A stretch of DNA of 64,000 nt from Eledone cirrhosa (Eukaryota): positions 7,812,001-7,876,000 of the forward strand of contig OZ024741.1 in assembly GCA_964016885.1 (NCBI GenBank), written 5' to 3'. Positions within the stretch are counted from its first letter, which is position 1; every line of letters begins with the position of its first letter. The notes under the pieces are model-generated. The model was given only the letters and a program-made list of their open reading frames with translations, did not search any database and was not told the DNA's origin. Below are positions 12,001 through 23,599 of this stretch, one piece after another. The translations under genes were made by a program, and so were the position numbers.

Positions 12001-15000
12001 AGATGTAAAGTTCCAGTGTTACCCTAGACAGTTGTAAAATTCCAGTGTTATCCTAGACTAGACAGTTGTAAAGCTCCAGTGTTACCCTAAACAGTGGTAA
12101 AGTTCCAGTGTTACCCTAAATAGTTCTAAAGTTCCAGTGTTACCCTAAACAATGTTAAAGTTCCAGTGTTACCCTAGACAGTGGTAAAGTTCCAGTGTTA
12201 CCCTAAATAGTTCTAAAGTTCCAGTGTTACCTTAGACAGTGGTAAAGTTCCTGTCTTACCCTAGACAGTGGTAAAGTTCCAGTGATAACCTAGACAGTTG
12301 TAAAGGTCCAGTGTTGCCTTAGACAGTGGTAAAGTTCCAGTGTTACCCTACACTACACAGTTGTAAAGCTCCAGTGTTACCCTAGACAGTGGTAAAGTTC
12401 CAGTGTTACACTAGACATTGGTAAAGTTCTAGTGTTACACTAGATAGTTGTAAAGTTCCAGTGTTACACTAGACAGTTGTAAAGTTCCAGTGTTATCCTA
12501 GACTAGACAGTTGTAAAGCTCCAGTATTACCCTAGACAGTGTTAAGTTCCAGTGTTAACCTAAATAGTTCTAAAGTTCCAGTGTTACACTACACAGTGGT
12601 AAAGTTCCATTGTTACCCTAGACAGTGGTAAAGTTCCAGTGTTACCCTAGATAGTTCTAAAGTTCCAGTGTTACACTAGATAATGGTAAAGTTCCAGTGT
12701 TTCCCTAGACAGTTGTAAAGTTCCAGTGTTACCCTAAATAGTTCTAAAGTTCCAGTGTTACCTTAGACAGTGGTAAAGTTCCTGTGTTACCCTAGACAGT
12801 GGTAAAGTTCCAGTGTTAACCTAGACAGTTGTAAAGTTCCAGTGTTGCCTTAGACAGTGGTAAAGTTCCAGTGTTACCCTACACTACACAGTTGTAAAGA
12901 TCCAGTGTTACCCTAGACAGTTGTAAAGTTCCAGTGTTACACTAGACAGTGGTAAAGTTCCAGTGTTTCCCTAGACAGTGGTAAAGTTCCAGTGTTACCC
13001 TAGACAGTGGTAAAGTTCCAGTGTCTCCCTAGTCAGTGGTAAAGTTCCAGTGTTTCCCTAGACAGTGGTAAAGTTCCAGTGTTACCCTAGACAGTTGTAA
13101 AGTTCCAGTGTTACCCTAGACAGTGGTAAACTTAGAGTGTTACCCTAGACAGTGGTAAAGTTCCAGTGTTTCCCTAGACAGTGGTAAAGTTACAGTGTTA
13201 CCGTAGACAGTTGTAAAGTTCCAGTGTTACCCTAGACAGTTGTAAAGTTCCAGTGTTACCCTAGACAGTTGTAAGGCTTCAGTGTTACCATAGACAGTGG
13301 TAAAGTTCCAGTGTTACCCTAGACAGTGGTAAAGTTCCAGTGTTACCCAGACAGTGGTAGAAGTTCCAGTGTTACCCTAGACAGTTGTAAAGTTCCAGTG
13401 TTACCCTAGACAGTTCTAAAGTTCCAGTGTTACCCTAGACAGATATAAAGTTCCAGTGTTACCCTAGACAGTTGTAAAGTTCCAGTATTACAATAGACAG
13501 TGGAAAGTTCCAGTGTTAACCTAAATAGTTCTAAAGTTGCTGTGTTACCCTAGACAGTTGTAAAGTTCCAGTGTTACCCTAGACAGTGGTAAAGTTCCAG
13601 TGTTACCCTAGACAGTTGTAAAGTGCCAGTGTTACCCTAGACAGCGGTAAAGTTCCAGTGTTACCCTAGATAGTTCTAAAGTTCCAGTGTTACCCTAGAC
13701 AATGGTAAAGTTCCAGTGGTACCCTAGACAGTTGTAAAGTTCCAGTGTTACCCTAAATAGTTCTAAAGTTCCAGTGTTACCTTAGACAGTGGTAAAGTTC
13801 CTGTTTTACACTAGCCAGTGGTAAAGTTCCAGTGTTAACTTAGACAGTTGTAAAGTTCCAGTCTTGCCTTAGACAGTGGTAAAGTTCCAGTGTTACCCAA
13901 CACTACACAGTTGTAAAGATCCAGTGTTACCCTAGACAGTGGTAAAGTTACAGTGTTACCCTAGACAGTTGTAAAGTTCCAGTGTTACCCTAGATAGTTG
14001 TAAAGTTCCAGTGTTACCCTAGACAGTTGTAAAGTTCCAGTGTTATCCTAGACTAGACAGTTGTAAAGCTCCAGTGTTACCCTAGACAGTGGTAAAGTTC
14101 CAGTGTTACCCTAGACATTGGTAAAGTTCCAGTGTTACCCTAAATAGTTCTAAAGTTCCAGTGTTACCCTAGACAGTGGTAAACTTCCAGTGTTACCCTA
14201 GACAGATGTAAAGTTCCAGTGTTACCATAGACAGTGGTAAAGTTCCAGTGTTAAACTAGACAGTTGTAAAGTTCCAGTGTCACCCTAGACAGTGGTAAAG
14301 TTCCAGTGTTACCCTAGACTAGACAGTTGTAAAGCTCCAGTGTTACCCTAGACTAGACAGTTGTAAAGCTCCAGTGTTACCCTAGACAGTCGTAAAATTC
14401 CAGTGTTACCCTAGACAGTGGTAAAGTTCCAGTGTTACCCCAGACAGTTGTAAAGTTCCAGTGTTTCCCTAGACAGTGGTAGAGTTCCAGTGTTTCCTTA
14501 GACAGTGGTAAAGTTCCAGTGTTACCCTAGACAGTGGAAAAGTTCCAGTGTTTCCCTAGACAGTGGTAAATTTCCAGTGTTACACTAGATAGTTGTAAAG
14601 TTCCAGTGTTTCCCTAGACAGTGGTAAAGTACCAGTGTTTCCCTAGACAATGGTAAAGTTCCAGTGTTTCCCTAGACAGTGGTTAAGTTCCAGTGTTACC
14701 CTAGACAGTGGTAAAGTTCCAGTGTTACCCTAGACAGTGGTAAAGTTCCAGTGTTTCCCTAGACAGTGGTAAAGTGCCAGTGTTACCCTAGACAGTTGTA
14801 AAGTTCCAGTGTTACCCTAGACAGTTGGAAAGTTCCAGTGTTACCCTAGACAGTTGTAAGGCTCCAGTGTTACCCTAGACAGTGGTAAAGTTCCAGTGTT
14901 TCCCTAGACAGTGGTAAAGTTCCAGTGTTTCCCTAGACAGTGGTATAGTTCCAGTGTTTCCCTAGACAGTGGTAAAGTTCCAGTGTTACCCTAGACAGTT

Positions 15001-15812
15001 GTAAAGTTCCAGTGATACACTAGACAGTGGTAAAGTTCCAGTGTTTCCCTAGACAGTGGTAAAGTTCCAGTGTTTCCCTAGACAGTGGTAAATTTCCAGT
15101 GTTTCCCTAGACAGTGGTAAAGTTCCAGTGTTACCCTAGACAGTTGTAAGGCTCCAGTGTTACACTAGATAGTTGTAAAGTTCCAGTGTTTCCCTAGACA
15201 GTCGTAAAGTTCCAGTGTTTCCCTAGACAGTGGTAAAGTTCCAGTGTTTCCCTAGACAGTGGTTAAGTTCCAGTGTTACCCTAGACAGTGGTAAAGTTCC
15301 AGTGTTTCCCTAGACAGTGGTAAAGTTCCAGTGTTACCCTAGACAGTTGTAAAGTTCCAGTGTTACCCTAGACAGTTGTAAAGTTCCAGTGTTACCCTAG
15401 ACAGTTGTAAGGCTCCAGTGTTACCCTAGACAGTGGTAAAGTTCCAGTGTTACCCTAGACAGTGGTAAAGTTCCAGTGTTACCCTAGACAGTGGTAAAGT
15501 TCCAGTGTTACCCTAGACAGTGGTAAGGCTCCAGTGTTACCCTAGACAGTGGTAAAGTTCCAGTGTTACCCAAGACAGTGGTAAAGTTCCAGTGTTTCCC
15601 TAGACAGTGGTAAAGTTCCAGTGTTTCCCTAGACAGTGGTAAAGTTCCAGTGTTTCCCTAGACAGTGGTAAAGTTCCAGTGTTACCCTAGACAGTTGTAA
15701 AGTTCCAGTGTTACACTAGACAGTGGTAAAGTTCCAGTGTTTCCCTAGACAGTGGTAAAGTTCCAGTGTTACCCTAGACAGTGGTAAAGTTCCTGTGTTT
15801 CCCTAGTCAGAG

Positions 15813-18800
15813 GTAAAGTTCCAGTGTTTCCCTAGACAGTGGTAAAGTTCCAGTGTTACCCTAGACAGTTGTAAAGTTCCAGTGTTACACTAGACAGTGG
15901 TAAAGTTCCAGTGTTTCCCTAGACAGTGGTAAAGTTCCAGTGTTACCCTAGACAGTGGTAAAGTTCCAGTGTTTCCCTAGTCAGTGGTAAAGTTCCAGTG
16001 TTTCCCTAGACAGTGGTAAAGTTCCAGTGTTACCCTAGACAGTTGTAAAGTTCCAGTGTTACCCTAGACAGTGGTAAAGTTCCAGTGTTACCCTAGACAG
16101 TGGTAAAGTTCCAGTGTTTCCCTAGACAGTGGTAAAGTTACAGTGTTACCGTAGACAGTTGTAAAGTTCCAGTGTTACCCTAGACAGTTGTAAAGTTCCA
16201 GTGTTACCCTAGACAGTTGTAAGGCTTCAGTGTTACCATAGACAGTGGTAAAGTTCCAGTGTTACCCTAGACAGTGGTAAAGTTCCAGTGTTACCCTAGA
16301 CAGTGGTAAAGTTCCAGTGTTACCCTAGACAGTTGTAAGGCGCCAGTGTTACCCTAGACAGTGGTTAAGTTCCAGTGTTACCCAAGACAGTGGTAGAAGT
16401 TCCAGTGTTACCCTAGACAGTTGTAAAGTTCCAGTGTTACCCTAGACAGTTCTAAAGTTCCAGTGTTACCCTAGACAGTTATAAAGTTCCAGTGTTACCC
16501 TAGACAGTTGTAAAGTTCCAGTATTACAATAGACAGTGGAAAGTTCCAGTGTTAACCTAAATAGTTCTAAAGTTCCGGTGTTACCCTAGATAGTTGTAAA
16601 GTGCCAGTGTTACCCTAGACAGCGGTAAAGTTCCAGTGTTACCCTAGATAGTTCTAAAGTTCCAGTGTTACCCTAGACAATGGTAAAGTTCCAGTGTTAC
16701 CCTAGACAGTTGTAAAGTTCCAGTGTTACCCTAAATAGTTCTAAAGTTCCAGTGTTACCTTAGACAGTGGTAAAGTTCCTCTGTTACCCTAGCCAGTGGT
16801 AAAGTTCCAGTGTTAACTTAGACAGTTGTAAAGTTCCAGTGTTGCCTTAGACAGTGGTAAAGTTCCAGTGTTACCCTACACTACACAGTTGTAAAGATCC
16901 AGTGTTACCCTAGACAGTGGTAAAGTTCCAGTGTTACCCTAGACAGTGGTAAAGTTCCAGTGTTACCCTAGATAGTTGTAAAGTTCCAGTGTTACCCTAG
17001 ACAGTTGTAAAGTTCCAGTGTTATCCTAGACTAGACAGTTGTAAAGCTCCAGTGTTACCCTAGACAGTGGTAAAATTCCAGTGTTACCCTAAACAGTGGT
17101 AAAGTTCCAGTGTTACCCTAAATAGTTCTAAAGTTCCAGTGTTACCTTAGACAGTGGTAAACTTAGAGTGTTACCCTAGACAGATGTAAAGTTCCAGTGT
17201 TACCATAGACAGTAGTAAAGTTCCAGTGTTAAACTAGACAGTTGTAAAGTTCCAGTGTTACCCTAGACAGTGGTAAAGTTCCAGTGTTACCCTAGACTAG
17301 ACAGTTGTAAAGCTCCAGTGTTACCCTAGACATCGTAATATTCCAGTGTTACCCTAGACAGTGGTAAAGTTCCAGTGTTACCCTAGACAGTTGTAAAGTT
17401 CCAGTGTTACCCTAGACAGTGGTAAAGTTCCAGTGTTTCCCTAGACAGTGGGAAATTTCCAGTGTTACACTAGATAGTTGTAAACTTCCAGTGTTTCCCT
17501 AGACAGTGGTAAAGTTCCAGTGTTACCCTAGACATTGGTAAATTTCCAGTGTTACTCTAGACAGTGGTAAAGTTCCAGTGTTACACTAGACAGTGGTAAA
17601 GTTCCAGTGTTTCCCTAGACAGTGGTAAAGTTCCAGTGTTTCCCTAGACAGTTGTAAAGTTCCAGTGTTACACTAGACAGTGGTAAAGTTCCAGTGTTTC
17701 CCTAGACAGTGGTAAAGTTCCAGTGTTACCCTAGAATGTGGTAAAGTTCCAGTGTTTCCCTAGACAGTGGAAAAGTTCCAGTGTTTCCCTAGACAGTGGT
17801 AAATTTCCAGTGTTACACTAGATAGTTGTAAAGTTCCAGTGTTTCCCTAGACAGTGGTAAAGTTCCAGTGTTTCCCTAGAGAGTGGTTAAGTTCCAGTGT
17901 TTCCCTAGACAGTGGTAAAGTTCCAGTGTTTCCCTAGACAGTGGTAAAGTTCCAGTGTTTCCCTAGACAGTGGTAAAGTTTCAGTGTTTCCCTAGACAGT
18001 GGTAAAGTTCCAGTGTTACCCTAGACAGTTGTAAAGTTCCAGTGTTACCCTAGACAGTGGTAAAGTTCCAGTGTTACCCTAGACAGTGGTAAAGTTCCAG
18101 TGTTTCCCTAGACAGTGGTAAAGTTCCAGTGTTACCCTAGACAGTTGTAAAGTTCCAGTGTTTCACTAGACAGTTGTAAAGTTCCAGTGTTACCCTAGAC
18201 AGTTGTAAGGCTCCAGTGTTACCCTAGACAGTGGTAAAGTTCCAGTGTTACGCTAGACAGTGGTAAAGTTCCAGTGTTACCCTAGACAGTGGTAAAGTTC
18301 CAATGTTACCCTTGACAGTGGTAAAGTTCCAGTGTTACCCTAGACAGATGTAAAGTTCCAGTGTTACCCTAGACAGTTGTAAAGTTCCAGTGTTATCCTA
18401 GACTAGACAGTTGTAAAGCTCCAGTGTTACTCTAAACAGTGGTAAAGTTCCAGTGTTACCCTAAATAGTTCTAAAGTTCCAGTGTTACCCTAGACAATGT
18501 TAAAGTTCCAGTGTTACCCTAGACAGTGGTAAATTTCCAGTGTTACCCTAAATAGTTCTAAAGTTCCAGTGTTACATTAGACAGTGGTAAAGTTCCTGTC
18601 TTACCCTAGACAGTGGTAAAGTTCCAGTGATAACCTAGACAGTTGTAAAGTTCCAGTGTTGCCTTAGACAGTGGTAAAGTTCCAGTGTTACCCTACACTA
18701 CACAGTTGTAAAGCTCCAGTGTTACCCTAGACAGTGGTAAAGTTCCAGTGTTACCCTAGACAGTGGTAAAGTTACAGTGTTACACTAGATAGTTGTAAAG

Positions 18801-21800
18801 TTCCAGTGTTACACTAGACAGTTGTAAAGTTCCAGTGTTATCCTAGACTAGACAGTTGTAAAGCTCCAGTGTTACCCTAGACAGTGTTAAGTTCCAGTGT
18901 TACCCTAAATAGTTGTAAAGTTCCAGTGTTACACTACACAGTGGTAAAGTTACAGTGTTACCCTAGACAATGTTAAAGTTCCAGTGTTACCCTAGACAGT
19001 GGTAAAGTTCCAGTGTTACCCTAAATAGTTCTAAAGTTCCAGTGTTACCTTAGACAGTGGTAAAGTTCCTGTCTTACCCTAGACAGTGGTAAAGTTCCAG
19101 TGATAACCTAGACAGTTGTAAAGTTCCAGTGTTGCCTTAGACAGTGGTAAAGTTCCAGTGTTACCCTACACTACACAGTTGTAAAGCTCCAGTGTTACCC
19201 TAGACAGTGGTAAAGTTCCAGTGTTACCCTAGACAGTGGTAAAGTTCCAGTGTTACACTAGATAGTTGTAAAGTTCCAGTGTTACACTAGACAGTGGTAA
19301 AGTTCCAGTGTTTCCCTAGACAGTGGTAAAGTTCCAGTGTTTCCCTAGTCAGTGGTAAAGTTCCAGTGTTTCCCTAGACAGTGGTAAAGTTCCAGTGTTA
19401 CCCTAGACAGTTGTAAAGTTCCAGTGTTACACTAGACAGTGGTAAAGTTCCAGTGTTTCCCTAGACAGTGGTAAAGTTCCAGTGTTACCCTAGACAGTGG
19501 TAAAGTTCCAGTGTTTCCCTAGTCAGTGGTAAAGTTCCAGTGTTTCCCTAGACAGTGGTAAAGTTCCAGTGTTACCCTAGACAGTTGTAAAGTTCCAGTG
19601 TTACCCTAGACAGTGGTAAAGTTCCAGTGTTACCCTAGACAGTGGTAAAGTTCCAGTGTTTCCCTAGACAGTGGTAAAGTTACAGTGTTACCGTAGACAG
19701 TTGTAAAGTTCCAGTGTTACCCTAGACAGTTGTAAAGTTCCAGTGTTACCCTAGACAGTTGTAAGGCTTCAGTGTTACCATAGACAGTGGTAAAGTTCCA
19801 GTGTTACCCTAGACAGTGGTAAAGTTCCAGTGTTACCCTAGACAGTGGTAAAGTTCCAGTGTTACCCTAGACAGTTGTAAGGCGCCAGTGTTACCCTAGA
19901 CAGTGGTTAAGTTCCAGTGTTACCCAAGACAGTGGTAGAAGTTCCAGTGTTACCCTAGACAGTTGTAAAGTTCCAGTGTTACCCTAGACAGTTCTAAAGT
20001 TCCAGTGTTACCCTAGACAGTTATAAAGTTCCAGTGTTACCCTAGACAGTTGTAAAGTTCCAGTATTACAATAGACAGTGGAAAGTTCCAGTGTTAACCT
20101 AAATAGTTCTAAAGTTCCGGTGTTACCCTAGATAGTTGTAAAGTGCCAGTGTTACCCTAGACAGCGGTAAAGTTCCAGTGTTACCCTAGATAGTTCTAAA
20201 GTTCCAGTGTTACCCTAGACAATGGTAAAGTTCCAGTGTTACCCTAGACAGTTGTAAAGTTCCAGTGTTACCCTAAATAGTTCTAAAGTTCCAGTGTTAC
20301 CTTAGACAGTGGTAAAGTTCCTCTGTTACCCTAGCCAGTGGTAAAGTTCCAGTGTTAACTTAGACAGTTGTAAAGTTCCAGTGTTGCCTTAGACAGTGGT
20401 AAAGTTCCAGTGTTACCCTACACTACACAGTTGTAAAGATCCAGTGTTACCCTAGACAGTGGTAAAGTTCCAGTGTTACCCTAGACAGTGGTAAAGTTCC
20501 AGTGTTACCCTAGATAGTTGTAAAGTTCCAGTGTTACCCTAGACAGTTGTAAAGTTCCAGTGTTATCCTAGACTAGACAGTTGTAAAGCTCCAGTGTTAC
20601 CCTAGACAGTGGTAAAATTCCAGTGTTACCCTAAACAGTGGTAAAGTTCCAGTGTTACCCTAAATAGTTCTAAAGTTCCAGTGTTACCCTAGACAGTGGT
20701 AAACTTAGAGTGTTACCCTAGACAGATGTAAAGTTCCAGTGTTACCATAGACAGTAGTAAAGTTCCAGTGTTAAACTAGACAGTTGTAAAGTTCCAGTGT
20801 TACCCTAGACAGTGGTAAAGTTCCAGTGTTACCCTAGACTAGACAGTTGTAAAGCTCCAGTGTTACCCTAGACATCGTAAAATTCCAGTGTTACCCTAGA
20901 CAGTGGTAAAGTTCCAGTGTTACCCTAGACAGTTGTAAAGTTCCAGTGTTACCCTAGACAGTGGTAAAGTTCCAGTGTTTCCCTAGACAGTGGGAAATTT
21001 CCAGTGTTACACTAGATAGTTGTAAAGTTCCAGTGTTTCCCTAGACAGTGGTAAAGTTCCAGTGTTACCCTAGACATTGGTAAATTTCCAGTGTTACTCT
21101 AGACAGTGGTAAAGTTCCAGTGTTACACTAGACAGTGGTAAAGTTCCAGTGTTTCCCTAGACAGTGGTAAAGTTCCAGTGTTTCCCTAGACAGTGGTATA
21201 GTTCCAGTGTTTCCCTAGACAGTGGTAAAGTTCCAGTGTTACCCTAGACAGTTGTAAAGTTCCAGTGTTACACTAGACAGTGGTAAAGTTCCAGTGTTTC
21301 CCTAGACAGTGGTAAAGTTCCAGTGTTACCCTAGAATGTGGTAAAGTTCCAGTGTTTCCCTAGACAGTGGAAAAGTTCCAGTGTTTCCCTAGACAGTGGT
21401 AAATTTCCAGTGTTACACTAGATAGTTGTAAAGTTCCAGTGTTTCCCTAGACAGTGGTAAAGTTCCAGTGTTTCCCTAGAGAGTGGTTAAGTTCCAGTGT
21501 TTCCCTAGACAGTGGTAAAGTTCCAGTGTTTCCCTAGACAGTGGTAAAGTTCCAGTGTTTCCCTAGACAGTGGTAAAGTTTCAGTGTTTCCCTAGACAGT
21601 GGTAAAGTTCCAGTGTTACCCTAGACAGTTGTAAAGTTCCAGTGTTACCCTAGACAGTGGTAAAGTTCCAGTGTTACCCTAGACAGTGGTAAAGTTCCAG
21701 TGTTTCCCTAGACAGTGGTAAAGTTCCAGTGTTACTTTAGACAGTTGTAAAGTTCCAGTGTTTCACTAGACAGTTGTAAAGTTCCAGTGTTACCCTAGAC

Positions 21801-22895
21801 AGTTGTAAGGCTCCAGTGTTACCCTAGACAGTGGTAAAGTTCCAGTGTTACGCTAGACAGTGGTAAAGTTCCAGTGTTACCCTAGACAGTGGTAAAGTTC
21901 CAATGTTACCCTTGACAGTGGTAAAGTTCCAGTGTTACCCTAGACAGATGTAAAGTTCCAGTGTTACCCTAGACAGTTGTAAAGTTCCAGTGTTATCCTA
22001 GACTAGACAGTTGTAAAGCTCCAGTGTTACTCTAAACAGTGGTAAAGTTCCAGTGTTACCCTAAATAGTTCTAAAGTTCCAGTGTTACCCTAGACAATGT
22101 TAAAGTTCCAGTGTTACCCTAGACAGTGGTAAATTTCCAGTGTTACCCTAAATAGTTCTAAAGTTCCAGTGTTACATTAGACAGTGGTAAAGTTCCTGTC
22201 TTACCCTAGACAGTGGTAAAGTTCCAGTGATAACCTAGACAGTTGTAAAGTTCCAGTGTTGCCTTAGACAGTGGTAAAGTTCCAGTGTTACCCTACACTA
22301 CACAGTTGTAAAGCTCCAGTGTTACCCTAGACAGTGGTAAAGTTCCAGTGTTACCCTAGACAGTGGTAAAGTTACAGTGTTACACTAGATAGTTGTAAAG
22401 TTCCAGTGTTACACTAGACAGTTGTAAAGTTCCAGTGTTATCCTAGACTAGACAGTTGTAAAGCTCCAGTGTTACCCTAGACAGTGTTAAGTTCCAGTGT
22501 TACCCTAAATAGTTGTAAAGTTCCAGTGTTACACTACACAGTGGTAAAGTTACAGTGTTACCCTAGACAATGTTAAAGTTCCAGTGTTACCCTAGACAGT
22601 GGTAAAGTTCCAGTGTTACCCTAAATAGTTCTAAAGTTCCAGTGTTACCTTAGACAGTGGTAAAGTTCCTGTCTTACCCTAGACAGTGGTAAAGTTCCAG
22701 TGATAACCTAGACAGTTGTAAAGTTCCAGTGTTGCCTTAGACAGTGGTAAAGTTCCAGTGTTACCCTACACTACACAGTTGTAAAGCTCCAGTGTTACCC
22801 TAGACAGTGGTAAAGTTCCAGTGTTACCCTAGACAGTGGTAAAGTTCCAGTGTTACACTAGATAGTTGTAAAGTTCCAGTGTTACACTAGACAGT
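15813..22895. repeat. Tandem duplication of a ~3.5-3.6 kb block (copy A ~15813-19295, copy B ~19355-22895)
   Basis: Offset is 3542 for the CCGTAGAC marker (16149 vs 19691), then exactly 3600 (lines 17701/21301, 18901/22501 and 19201/22801 match). The 58-bp shift equals two monomers missing from copy A near 17640. The private variant CTAGAATGTGG is shared by both copies. Confidence 0.88.
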
Positions 22896-23599
22896 TGTAA
22901 AGTTCCAGTGTTATCCTAGACTAGACAGTTGTAAAGCTCCAGTGTTACCCTAGACAGTGTTAAGTTCCAGTGTTACCCTAAATAGTTCTAAAGTTCCAGT
23001 GTTACACTACACAGTGGTAAAGTTCCAGTGTTACCCTAGACAGTGGTAAAGTTCCAGTGTTACCCTAGATAGTTCTAAAGTTCCAGTGTTACCCTAGACA
23101 ATGGTAAAGTTCCAGTGTTACCCTAGACTACACAGTTGTAAAGATCCAGTGTTACCCTAGACAGTGGTAAAGTTCCAGTGTTACACTAGACAGTGGTAAA
23201 GTTCCAGTGTTACCCTAGATAGTTGTAAAGTTCCAGTGTTTCAGCCTAGACAGTTGTAAAGTTCCAGTGTTATCCTAGACTAGACAGTTGTAAAGCTCCA
23301 GTGTTACCCTAGACAGTTGTAAAGTTCCAGTGTTACCCTAAATAGTTCTAAAGTACCAGTGTTACCTTAGACAGTGGTAAAGTTCCTGTCTTACCCAAGA
23401 CAGTGGTAAAGTTCCAGTGTTAACCTAGACAGTGGTAAAGTTCCAGTGTTGCCTTAGACAGTGGTAAGTTCCAGTGTTACCCTAGAGAGTGGAAAAGTTC
23501 CAGTGTTTCCCTAGACTAGACAGTTGTAAAGCTCCAGTGTTACCCTAGACATCGTAAAATTCCAGTGTTACCCTAGACAGTGGTAAAGTTCCAGTGTTA

